Below are positions 8,417 through 16,393 of a stretch of DNA of 36,893 bases, in pieces. Position 1 is the stretch's first letter. Each line of letters begins with the position of its first letter. The notes beneath the pieces were generated by a model. The model was not told where the DNA came from. It did no database searches and saw nothing but the letters and a program-made list of their open reading frames with translations. The DNA lies in assembly GCA_016188865.1 (NCBI GenBank), contig JACPGX010000005.1, positions 75,188 to 112,080 on the forward strand. Direction: 5' to 3'. The position numbers and the translations under genes are program-made. Origin of the DNA: Candidatus Nealsonbacteria bacterium (GTDB taxonomy: Bacteria > Patescibacteriota > Minisyncoccia > Minisyncoccales > MHMH01).

Positions 8417-9181
8417 ATGCCATTACCGACAGAAAGGCAGACTAGAGAATTCTTCCGTCTGTGGGCGGAAGGAAAAATTACCGGAGATGTGCTCCAGGAA
8501 GTTATAGAAAAAGCTGGCAAACTCGGCTTTAATCAGTTTTTTAAAAAAATAATTCAGCAGGCCCGCAAAACAGCAGTCGCAATCACCAATGCTTATTTGC
8601 AGGCCGAAGCCTACGCAGCCATTGCCGGAGCTTTAGCTGAAGCCAAAGATTTCGAACAGGCCCGCAAAACAGCAGCCGCAATCACCGATGCTTATTCGCA
8701 GGCCAAAGCCTACGCAGCCATTGCCAGTGTCAGCCATGAAGCCAAGGATTTCGAACAGGCCCGCAAAACAGCAGCCGCAATCACCGATGCTTATTCGCAG
8801 GCCGAAGCCTACGCAGCCATTGCCAGTGTCAGCCATGAAGCCAAGGATTTCGAACAGGCCCGCAAAACAGCAGCCGCAATCGCCGATGCTTGTTTGCAGG
8901 CCAAAGCCTACGCAGCCATTGCCGGAGCTTTAGCTGAAGCCAAGGATTTCGAACAGGCCCGCAAAACAGCAGCCGCAATCACCGATGCTTATTCGCAGGC
9001 CGAAGCCTACGCAGCCATTGCCAGTGTCAGCCATGAAGCCTACGCAGCCATTGCCAGTGTCAGCCATGAAGCCAAAGATTTCGAACAGGCCCGCAAAACA
9101 GCAGCCGCAATCACCGATGCTTATTCGCAGGCCGAAGCCTACGCAGCCATTGCCGGAGCTTTAGCTGAAGCGATGAAATAA
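8417..9181 (+). CDS. Alanine-rich tandem-repeat protein (33-aa helical repeats), function unknown
   Basis: SD AAGGAGG lies 10 nt upstream. After a unique 47-aa N terminus come about 6 repeats of ARKTAAAITDAYSQAEAYAAIA(SVSH/GALA)EAKDFEQ. A terminator follows. Confidence 0.8.
   Translation: MPLPTERQTREFFRLWAEGKITGDVLQEVIEKAGKLGFNQFFKKIIQQARKTAVAITNAYLQAEAYAAIAGALAEAKDFEQARKTAAAITDAYSQAKAYAAIASVSHEAKDFEQARKTAAAITDAYSQAEAYAAIASVSHEAKDFEQARKTAAAIADACLQAKAYAAIAGALAEAKDFEQARKTAAAITDAYSQAEAYAAIASVSHEAYAAIASVSHEAKDFEQARKTAAAITDAYSQAEAYAAIAGALAEAMK
8558..9169 (+). repeat. 99-bp in-frame tandem repeat array (about 6 units) with one extra 33-bp internal duplication
   Basis: Unit starts (CAGGCCCGC) are at 8558, 8657, 8756, 8855, 8954 and 9086. 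Units differ at a handful of positions. 9002-9034 is identical to 9035-9067. Confidence 0.95.
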
Positions 9182-9194
9182 ATAATTAATTAAT

Positions 9195-9240
9195 ATCGGA
9201 AGAATAAACCTATCCCATCTTATTCTTCCGATTTTTATTT
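9195..9240 (+). terminator. Rho-independent terminator
   Basis: ATCGGAAGAATAA / TTATTCTTCCGAT 13-bp stem followed by TTTTTATTT. Confidence 0.8.
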
Positions 9241-9279
9241 GAAAAATATGACATATTGTGGCAAACTAATAAAATTAGC

Positions 9280-10329
9280 ATGATAAAAAATAAAGAGAAG
9301 ATTAAAGTTATTGTGGCGATGTCCGGCGGAGTGGATAGTTCGGTCGCGGCGGCTCTCTTAAATAGGGCTGGTTTTAATGTTGTAGGAGTTTTCATGAAGT
9401 TCTGGGTCAATCCCCAGAATAGATGCTGTTCGCCGGAGGCCCAAGAGAGAGCGAGGCGGGTAGCAGCCAAATTGAAAATTCCTTTTTATGTTTTTAATTT
9501 TGAAAAAGAATTCAAAAAAAGAATCGTTGATTATTTTTTAAGAGAATACAAGGCCGGTAGAACGCCCAATCCCTGCATTGTCTGCAACAAAGAAATTAAA
9601 TTCGGACTCTTATTGGAAAAAGCCCTAAGTTTAGGTGTTGATCGCATTGCTACTGGTCATTACGCTAGAATTGTTAGACATTCAATGTCTAACAAATTAT
9701 TAATGGCCAAAGATAAAAAGAAAGACCAAAGTTATTTTCTTTGGCAGCTTAACCAGAAACAGTTAAGCCGTGTTTTATTTCCGCTTGCCAATTACACTAA
9801 GCCTGAAGTCAGGAAAATGGCTGAAAAGTTCGATTTACCGAATTATGCCACGCCAGATTCACAGGAAATTTGTTTTGTGCCAAATACTGTAAATGATTTT
9901 TTAGCAAAGCATATTAAACAAAAAAAAGGCGAAATAGTTAATGTTAATGGAAGGGTTCTGGGCGAGCATAACGGTTTGGAGTTTTATACTATTGGCCAGA
10001 GGAGGGGGATTGGTTTATCCGGCGGCCCTTATTGGGTGGCGGACAAGGATTTAGATAAAAATGTTTTAATCGTTACCAAAAAAGAAAAAGATTTGTTAAA
10101 GAAAAAATTAACTTTCAAAAATGCAAATTGGATTTCGGGCGTCGAAACAAGGTTCCCCATAAAAGTTAAAGCTAAAATTAGGTATCGTTCTAATTTGGTT
10201 TCGGCTGCGCTTTCAAAAAATAAAGTTATTTTTGATAAGCCGCAAAGAGCAATTACACCCGGTCAATCGGCCGTATTTTACAGTGGACGAGAATTGCTTG
10301 GCGGCGGAACTATTGACAAGATTTTATAG
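9280..10329 (+). CDS. mnmA: tRNA-specific 2-thiouridylase MnmA
   Basis: PP-loop VAMSGGVDSSVAA, NPCIVCNKEIKF, and ATGHYAR...KDQSYFL. ATG 9280 is preferred over the tracked TTG 9256. Confidence 0.92.
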   Translation: MIKNKEKIKVIVAMSGGVDSSVAAALLNRAGFNVVGVFMKFWVNPQNRCCSPEAQERARRVAAKLKIPFYVFNFEKEFKKRIVDYFLREYKAGRTPNPCIVCNKEIKFGLLLEKALSLGVDRIATGHYARIVRHSMSNKLLMAKDKKKDQSYFLWQLNQKQLSRVLFPLANYTKPEVRKMAEKFDLPNYATPDSQEICFVPNTVNDFLAKHIKQKKGEIVNVNGRVLGEHNGLEFYTIGQRRGIGLSGGPYWVADKDLDKNVLIVTKKEKDLLKKKLTFKNANWISGVETRFPIKVKAKIRYRSNLVSAALSKNKVIFDKPQRAITPGQSAVFYSGRELLGGGTIDKIL

Positions 10330-10413
10330 ACATGCTATATTGTTCATGCAAATCAAAATCGGCGTTAATACAAAAGCCGGAAGGAGGCAAACCCCGTACA
10401 CATATAAGTCCTT

Positions 10414-10520
10414 AGCGGAAAGCTCATAATATATTTGAGCTAAAGCACTAAGGGAAGGTCCTGGCGTCACATGGACCGTCAGGCGGAAAGCAGTGACCAT
10501 AAAAAAACCATGCTTCCGCT
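10414..10520 (+). ncRNA. ffs: Structured intergenic RNA, candidate small SRP (4.5S-like) RNA
   Basis: The ends pair (AGCGGAA(A)GC 10414-10423 with GCTTCCGCT 10512-10520). Internal hairpin AGCTCA/TGAGCT (10421-10441). GTCAGGCGGAAAGCAG at 10478-10493 resembles the SRP domain IV GUCAGG..GGAA..AGCAG, but with a shortened apical stem. An intrinsic terminator follows directly. Confidence 0.4.
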
Positions 10521-10532
10521 CCAAATTCCAAG

Positions 10533-10566
10533 ACCCGCATTTTGCTAAAAGTGCGGGCTTTTGTTA
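10533..10566 (+). terminator. Rho-independent terminator 12 nt upstream of the alaS ATG
   Basis: CCCGCATTTT / AAAAGTGCGGG stem followed by CTTTTGTT. Confidence 0.7.
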
Positions 10567-10577
10567 ATATTGAATTG

Positions 10578-12212
10578 ATGAATTCAGATAAATTAAGGCA
10601 GGAATTTTTTAATTTTTTTGAGAAAAAGAAGCATAAAATCGTGCCTTCTAGTTCGCTTTTACCATCTGACCCGAGCGTGCTTTTTACTACGGCAGGCATG
10701 CAGCAATTCAAGCCGTATTTTCTGGGAGAAAAGTCGCCGCACGGTAATAAAGCAGTGTCTTCTCAAAAATGCTTCAGGACTTCGGATATTGAAGAAGTCG
10801 GAGATGAAAGGCATCTCACCTTCTTTGAAATGTTAGGTAATTTTAGTTTTGGCGGGTACGGCAAGGAAGAAGCGATAAAGCTTGCCAAAGATTTTTTAGA
10901 TTCAATAAAAGTCAAAATAGATTATGTGACTGTTTTTTGCGGGAATAAAGATATTAAGAAAGATGAAGAATCGGCGAATATTTGGGAAAAATTCGGTTTT
11001 TCCGAAGAAAAAGGAAACCTTAAATTTTGCGGCATTGATGATAATTTCTGGGGTCCAACAGGCGATGAGGGCCCTTGCGGTCCCACTACGGAAATATATT
11101 CTCAAGGAGTAGAAATTTGGAACGTTGTTTTTAATCAGTATTATTGCGAGAAAAACAAAACCTTGAGGCCCTTGCCCTTGTTTGGCGTAGATACCGGCAT
11201 GGGCTTGGAGCGATTGGCTAAGGTTTCTCAGGATGTGCCCACTATTTTTGAAACCGATTTATTTTTGCCGATTATTTCTCAAATTACGGGAGGCGATGAG
11301 AAAGCCAGAAGAATCATCGCTGATCATGTAAGGGGAGCGGTTTTTTTGGCGGCCGAAGGCATTTTACCCTCCAATGTGGAGAGGGGATATATTTTAAGGC
11401 GCCTTTTAAGGAGAGCGATCAGATACGGCAAGTTGTCCGCCTTAGGCGGGCAGTTCTTAATTCCCTTAGCAGAAAGCGTTATTGAGATTTATAAGGGCGC
11501 GTATCCGGAAATTTCAGCTAAAAAAGACGATATTTTAACCGTTATTAAAAATGAAGAAGAAAAGTTTGAGAAAACTTTGGATAGGGGATTAAAAGAAATT
11601 CAAAAAGTTCCGAATCTTACGGGAGAAGTCGCCTTCCGCATTTACGAAACATATGGTTTCCCCCTAGAGCTGACAGAGGAGATAAGAAAGGTGGAGAACA
11701 GAGAAGCATTTTTTTTGATGCAAAAAAAGCATCAGGAAATTTCGCGGACGGGGGCCCAGAGCAAATTCGGAGGCGGGGGAGAGTTTTCGCCAAAACTCCA
11801 TACGGCTACTCATTTGCTTCACGCAGCCCTAAGAGATATTTTGGGTAAGCATGTCCAGCAAATGGGCTCTGATATCACATCGGAGAGAACAAGATTTGAT
11901 TTTTCCCATCAGCAAAAAATGACGGAAGATGAGATTAAAAAAGTTGAAGAATTGGTAAATCAAAAAATAAAAGATGACTTAGAGGTGGATAAAAGAGAAA
12001 TGACCCATGGCGAAGCTCTGAAATCAGGCGCTTTAGCCTTTTTCAAGGAAAAATATCCGGAAAGAGTTACCGTTTATTCCATTAATGGTTTTTCTAAGGA
12101 AATTTGCGCCGGCCCCCATGTTAAAAGAACCGGCGAGCTGGGTCATTTTAAGATTGTCAAAGAAGAATCTTCCGGCGCCGGCATCCGCCGCCTCCGCGCA
12201 GTTTTAGAATAA
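10578..12212 (+). CDS. alaS: Alanine--tRNA ligase, short form (545 aa) lacking the C-Ala domain
   Basis: ATG 10578 gives MNSDKLRQEFFNFFEKKKHKIVPSSSLLP. Also FTTAGMQQFKP, CGPTTEIY and GMGLERL. The editing-domain zinc motifs HTATH...CAGPH sit at the very C terminus. The tracked start at 10542 lies inside the upstream terminator. Confidence 0.9.
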   Translation: MNSDKLRQEFFNFFEKKKHKIVPSSSLLPSDPSVLFTTAGMQQFKPYFLGEKSPHGNKAVSSQKCFRTSDIEEVGDERHLTFFEMLGNFSFGGYGKEEAIKLAKDFLDSIKVKIDYVTVFCGNKDIKKDEESANIWEKFGFSEEKGNLKFCGIDDNFWGPTGDEGPCGPTTEIYSQGVEIWNVVFNQYYCEKNKTLRPLPLFGVDTGMGLERLAKVSQDVPTIFETDLFLPIISQITGGDEKARRIIADHVRGAVFLAAEGILPSNVERGYILRRLLRRAIRYGKLSALGGQFLIPLAESVIEIYKGAYPEISAKKDDILTVIKNEEEKFEKTLDRGLKEIQKVPNLTGEVAFRIYETYGFPLELTEEIRKVENREAFFLMQKKHQEISRTGAQSKFGGGGEFSPKLHTATHLLHAALRDILGKHVQQMGSDITSERTRFDFSHQQKMTEDEIKKVEELVNQKIKDDLEVDKREMTHGEALKSGALAFFKEKYPERVTVYSINGFSKEICAGPHVKRTGELGHFKIVKEESSGAGIRRLRAVLE

Positions 12213-12230
12213 TTCTGCTATAATGAAAAT

Positions 12231-13241
12231 ATGGGCAGGATCAATGAGTCTTTTTTAGCTTTAGATATAGGCACCGAGGCCGTAAAAGTTTTGGTTTTTG
12301 AGAGAGATAATCAAACGTATCATATTTGGGGAGCAGCTTTGGAGTACTTTGACGAATCAAATCCATTTAATAATGACAAGGTCATGGTTAAAATGAAAGA
12401 AGCGATAAAACAGGCAGGGAAAACTCCCAAAGATATACTGCTGGTTCCGCCGGCTAATATTTTAAAAAACAGGATTCATTTTCAAAGCATTGTCCGGGAT
12501 AATCCCCAAAAAATTATCAGCAAGAAGGAAGAGCAAGATATTATTGATTGTATTAGGAAACAGGACGCTGAAGTTATAGAATTCGAAATTTTAGATATAA
12601 AAATTGATGGCTATGAAATTCCCAAACTTATAGGGTATGCCGGTAAAAATATTGAATTCAGAATTTTGGTTAGCTTTTTGCCAGAAAATTATTTAGATAA
12701 TTTAGGATTAAAATTTCAAAAGATTATTAATCCCGTTAAGAAATTGGCCGGAATTTTTGTAATAGGGGAGGGAGTTTTTCTTGATATCGGCGGTAAAATT
12801 ACCCAGATTTATTTGGTTAGAAATGCTAAGATAGAAATGATTGATGACTTTGAAGGAGGCGGCATGGATTTTACCCGGGCGATATCTCAAACTTTGGGAA
12901 TGTCTGGAAGAGGCGCAAGAGATTTTAAGGAAAGGTACTCCAGAGGCGAATTAACCCAATTAGCCGAGAAAAAAACAAAAGAAATTCTAGCCATTCCGGC
13001 GAAAGAATGGTCATTAAAACTAAAGTCAAAACTTCAGTCCATGAGAGGCCTTATTCCTTCCAATTTTTTTATTTTCGGCGGTGGCAGCCAGCTGCCAGAG
13101 ATAAAAGAATTAATCGTCAGCGATAAGGCGAAAGTAAAATTTATTTATCCGAAAGATTTTAAAAATATAATTGACAATACAGGCTGCGTAGACAACCCGC
13201 AGTATACTAATTTAATTTTATCAATTTATAATGACTATTAA
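12231..13241 (+). CDS. Actin-like ATPase, divergent FtsA/PilM family
   Basis: LALDIGTEAVKVLVF (phosphate 1), FLDIGGKITQIYL (phosphate 2) and IFGGGSQLPEI (adenosine motif). Subfamily is not resolvable by eye. Confidence 0.55.
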   Translation: MGRINESFLALDIGTEAVKVLVFERDNQTYHIWGAALEYFDESNPFNNDKVMVKMKEAIKQAGKTPKDILLVPPANILKNRIHFQSIVRDNPQKIISKKEEQDIIDCIRKQDAEVIEFEILDIKIDGYEIPKLIGYAGKNIEFRILVSFLPENYLDNLGLKFQKIINPVKKLAGIFVIGEGVFLDIGGKITQIYLVRNAKIEMIDDFEGGGMDFTRAISQTLGMSGRGARDFKERYSRGELTQLAEKKTKEILAIPAKEWSLKLKSKLQSMRGLIPSNFFIFGGGSQLPEIKELIVSDKAKVKFIYPKDFKNIIDNTGCVDNPQYTNLILSIYNDY

Positions 13242-14466
13242 AAAAATTTCTGATATTGCTTCCTCGCATCGGCCGGCAGCAAAAAAAGATAACCTTGGGG
13301 TCAGGATGCCGTTAAGCATAACTTCACCGATTAAAAAATTTTCACCTCTTTTTACAGTAGCAAGTTTACTATTGGCGGCAGTTTTAAGTTATTTTCTGAT
13401 TCCACCCAAGGTTTCTATAGAAATTTGGCCGGCAAAAGAAAATATGTCAGAAGCTCTGACCATAACAGTTTCTTCTGTTCCGCAGGGGAAAAATTCTATT
13501 TTAGGCGAGATTTTAGAGATAGAAAAAACATTTTCTCAGAATTTTTCAGTTCAGGGCACTGCCGTAAAGGAAGTTAAAGCTAAGGGAGTTATCCGCGTGT
13601 ATAACAATTATTCGACTGCTCCTCAGCCTTTGCTGGCTACCACCCGTTTTATTTCAAATGACGGCAAATTATTCAGGACGCCGCAGAGGGTGGTAATCCC
13701 CGGCGGACAATACGAGGGAGCGAAACTTACCCCCGGCTCTATTGATATAGAGGTTGTAGCCGATCAAGCCGGCGAAGAATACAATATTAATCCTTCTACC
13801 TTTTCCATTCCCGGTTTTGCCGGTACTCCCAAATATACGGCCTTTTATGCTAAATCTTTTGAGCAGATGGCTGGCGGCATGAGAAAGGAGGTTCCTCGCG
13901 TTAGCCAAAAAGAAATAGATAAAGCCAAAGAAATTTTATCTCAAAAAGCTCTAGCAGAGACGCTTGCCGTCATTAAAGAATCACTTCCTTCAAATGATTA
14001 TTCAATTATTGATAAAGCGATTTCTGGCGAAATAGTAAATTTTCAATCATCGGCAAAAGCCAACGACGAGTCAATTAATTTTTCCGCCCAAGTCAAATTA
14101 ATGACTAAGGCGTTGGTTTTCAAAAATTCTGATTTAAAAAACTTTGCATTAAATTACCTCACAGAAAAAATCACCTTAGGGCAAAAATTAATAGAATCAT
14201 CTTTCAAAATAGATTATTCGCCGGAGACGATCGATTTAAAAAATAATAAGCTTGTTTTAAAATTGGCAATTTTTTCTCAAAGCCACTCTCTTCCAGAAGA
14301 GAACGAGATTAAAAATATGATAAAGGGGAAAAGTCTAAAGGACATAGAAACCATTCTTAATGAATTCAATTCCATCAAAAACGCTAAAGTTGAATTTTGG
14401 CCATTTTGGGTTAATTTAGCTCCGCAAGACCTAAGAAGCATTAAAGTCGTTTTGCATCTTGACTGA
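13231..14466 (+). CDS. Hypothetical N-terminally membrane-anchored protein (411 aa)
   Basis: Long ORF overlapping the preceding gene by 11 nt. One TM segment (FSPLFTVASLLLAAVLSYFLI), then a beta-rich ectodomain. No family recognised. Confidence 0.6.
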   Translation: MTIKKISDIASSHRPAAKKDNLGVRMPLSITSPIKKFSPLFTVASLLLAAVLSYFLIPPKVSIEIWPAKENMSEALTITVSSVPQGKNSILGEILEIEKTFSQNFSVQGTAVKEVKAKGVIRVYNNYSTAPQPLLATTRFISNDGKLFRTPQRVVIPGGQYEGAKLTPGSIDIEVVADQAGEEYNINPSTFSIPGFAGTPKYTAFYAKSFEQMAGGMRKEVPRVSQKEIDKAKEILSQKALAETLAVIKESLPSNDYSIIDKAISGEIVNFQSSAKANDESINFSAQVKLMTKALVFKNSDLKNFALNYLTEKITLGQKLIESSFKIDYSPETIDLKNNKLVLKLAIFSQSHSLPEENEIKNMIKGKSLKDIETILNEFNSIKNAKVEFWPFWVNLAPQDLRSIKVVLHLD

Positions 14467-14502
14467 TTTTGTCGTTTTTGGTATCATACATACTTGTATT
14501 CA

Positions 14503-14727
14503 ATGGAAAATCAAAATAAGAAGATTCTTAGAAAAACAGGCCAAGTTTTGGAAGCTCTCCCTAGCACTCATTTTAAGGTGTTGCTTGATGAAGGGGGAGA
14601 GGTGATTGCTCATCTGGCTGGAAAGCTTAGAATATTTAAAATTAAGATTTTGCCGGGCGACAGAGTAACCGTGGAAATGAGCCCCTACGACCAAAGGCGG
14701 GGGAGGATTGTTTATAGGGGAAAATAA
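14503..14727 (+). CDS. infA: Translation initiation factor IF-1
   Basis: [31 protein letters not shown]...[25 protein letters not shown] 14503 is preferred over TTG 14494. Confidence 0.93.
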   Translation: MENQNKKILRKTGQVLEALPSTHFKVLLDEGGEVIAHLAGKLRIFKIKILPGDRVTVEMSPYDQRRGRIVYRGK

Positions 14728-14732
14728 AAATT

Positions 14733-14846
14733 ATGAAGGTTCAAACATCGGTTAAAGTAATTTGTAAAGATTGTAAAATTGTACGCCGCAAGGGTGTTGT
14801 TTTTGTAATTTGCAAGAATCCTAAACATAAACAAAGACAGGGTTAA
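14733..14846 (+). CDS. rpmJ: 50S ribosomal protein bL36 (37 aa, absent from the ORF track)
   Basis: Own translation gives [37 protein letters not shown]. It lies between infA and rpsM as expected. Confidence 0.93.
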   Translation: MKVQTSVKVICKDCKIVRRKGVVFVICKNPKHKQRQG

Positions 14847-14857
14847 ACTTTATCACC

Positions 14858-15247
14858 ATGCCACGCATTGCGGGAGTTATTATTCCCGATAACAAACAAA
14901 TATGGGTAGCTCTGGCCTATATCCACGGGATAGGCCGATCTTTGAGCGAAAAAATTCTAGCTGAAGCCGGGATTAATCCCATAACCCAAGCTGCAAAATT
15001 GACTTCGGAAGAAATCGGCAGATTGAAGGAAATAATTGAAAAAAAATATAAAATTGAAGGAGACTTGCGGAGAGAGAAAATGATGTCCATAAAACGCTTA
15101 AAAGATATAGGCTCTTGGCGCGGCTTAAGGCATATTAAGGGACTGCCGGTTAGGGGCCAGCGAACTAAGACTAACACCAGAACGGTTAGAGGTAATGTCA
15201 GAAAAACAGTTGGCTCTGGCCGTAAGCCGGCTTCTGAGCCGACATAG
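14858..15247 (+). CDS. rpsM: 30S ribosomal protein uS13
   Basis: [29 protein letters not shown] terminus. Operon position fits. Confidence 0.95.
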   Translation: MPRIAGVIIPDNKQIWVALAYIHGIGRSLSEKILAEAGINPITQAAKLTSEEIGRLKEIIEKKYKIEGDLRREKMMSIKRLKDIGSWRGLRHIKGLPVRGQRTKTNTRTVRGNVRKTVGSGRKPASEPT

Positions 15248-15257
15248 TAAATAAATT

Positions 15258-15713
15258 ATGGGAAAGAAAAAAGTTATCAAACAAACCGAAGAAGAGTTGC
15301 TCAAAGAGGGGGAAAAAGCAGGAACAGCTGTTAAAAAAGAGCCCAAATCAGAACCCGTAGTCAGCAAAATCAACGAAGGAAAAGTTTACATTGCTTCTTC
15401 TTACAATAATACGATTATCACCCTCACCGATTTACGAGGCAATGTTTTAGCTTGGGCATCAGCCGGCTCCATTGGTTTTAAGGGCACAAAAAAAGCCACG
15501 CCATTTGCCGCTTCAAAAGTTGCCGAAATGATTTTTCAGACAATTCAAAAATTAGGCATAGAGAAATTATCAATATTAGTAAAAGGCATAGGCGGAGGCA
15601 GGGAATCTGCCATAAGGTCATTTGCGGCCAAGGGTTTGGATATTGTTTCTATAACCGATGTGACGCCGGTGCCTCACGATGGCACTCGTCCGCCAAAGGT
15701 GCGCAGGGTATAA
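15258..15713 (+). CDS. rpsK: 30S ribosomal protein uS11 with a K/E-rich N-terminal extension
   Basis: YIASSYNNTIITLTDLRGNVLAWASAGSIGFKGTKKATPFAA core, preceded by about 35 extra residues. Confidence 0.94.
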   Translation: MGKKKVIKQTEEELLKEGEKAGTAVKKEPKSEPVVSKINEGKVYIASSYNNTIITLTDLRGNVLAWASAGSIGFKGTKKATPFAASKVAEMIFQTIQKLGIEKLSILVKGIGGGRESAIRSFAAKGLDIVSITDVTPVPHDGTRPPKVRRV

Positions 15714-15719
15714 TTTTTT

Positions 15720-16349
15720 ATGAAAAACGATAATTGCACAATTTGTCGAAGGCAGGGCATGAAGTTGTTTCTTAAGGGAGAAAAATGCTTATCCCAAAAA
15801 TGTCCCGTGATTAGGCGGGCTTATCCGCCGGGCAAAAAGGGGAAAAGGCGTCCTTCTCAGCTTTCTGAATTTGGAAAAGAGTTGAGAGAGAAACAAAAAT
15901 TAAAAAATTGGTATAATTTAGGCGAACGCCAATTCGGAAATTATGCCAAAGAAATCTTAAGGAAAGGCAATACAGTTGGAGATGCTTCTTTGGCATTTAT
16001 TCAAAAATTAGAAATGCGCTTGGATAATGCAGTTTTCAGATTGGGCTTTGCATCTTCCCATGCTCAGGCCAGGCAGTTAATAACCCATGGCCACATTTCA
16101 ATTAATGGCCGTTTTGTTAATATCCCTTCCTGCCAATTGAAAAAAGGCGATAAAGTCAGCATTCGTCCCTCTTCCAGCAAGAAGAAAATTTTTGAAAATT
16201 TGCCAGCAACTTTAAAGAAACATAAGCCAGTATCTTGGCTTAAATTGGATGCCGAAAAATTAGAAGGAGAAATTGTCGGTTTGCCAAGTATGGAAGATGC
16301 CAATCCAATATCAGAAATTTCCTCTATTTTCGAGTACTATTCAAGATAA
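15720..16349 (+). CDS. rpsD: 30S ribosomal protein uS4
   Basis: Cys-rich N terminus (CTICRRQG...EKCLSQKC), an S4 RNA-binding domain (LDNAVFRLGFASSHAQARQLITHGHISING) and a YYSR end. Confidence 0.94.
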   Translation: MKNDNCTICRRQGMKLFLKGEKCLSQKCPVIRRAYPPGKKGKRRPSQLSEFGKELREKQKLKNWYNLGERQFGNYAKEILRKGNTVGDASLAFIQKLEMRLDNAVFRLGFASSHAQARQLITHGHISINGRFVNIPSCQLKKGDKVSIRPSSSKKKIFENLPATLKKHKPVSWLKLDAEKLEGEIVGLPSMEDANPISEISSIFEYYSR

Positions 16350-16393
16350 AACACTTTAAAATTAAAAATTAATAATTAAAAATTAAACAAAAC

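Noticed and set aside
8633-8933. ORFs 8633-8836 (minus) and 8688-8933 (plus, alternate frame) inside the repeat gene.
   Set aside because: Their internal periodicity simply mirrors the 99-bp repeat. The annotated frame is the only one with an SD, a unique N terminus and a terminator.
8558-9169. Regular 99-bp repeats that could be mistaken for a CRISPR array.
   Set aside because: The units are contiguous with no unique spacers. They are in frame within one ORF that has an SD and a terminator, and they encode a coherent 33-aa protein repeat.
8558-9169. Diversity-generating retroelement (template/variable repeat) explanation for the repeat variants.
   Set aside because: The differences are mixed transitions (A/G in both directions, plus C/T) rather than adenine-specific. 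No reverse transcriptase is in the window, and there are many tandem copies rather than a TR/VR pair.
10330-10577. T-box riboswitch leader for alaS.
   Set aside because: There is no recognisable T-box consensus (…GGGTGG.ACC.CG) or antiterminator bulge with TGG upstream of the terminator, and no clear Stem I features. It is kept only as a generic leader alternative in the findings.
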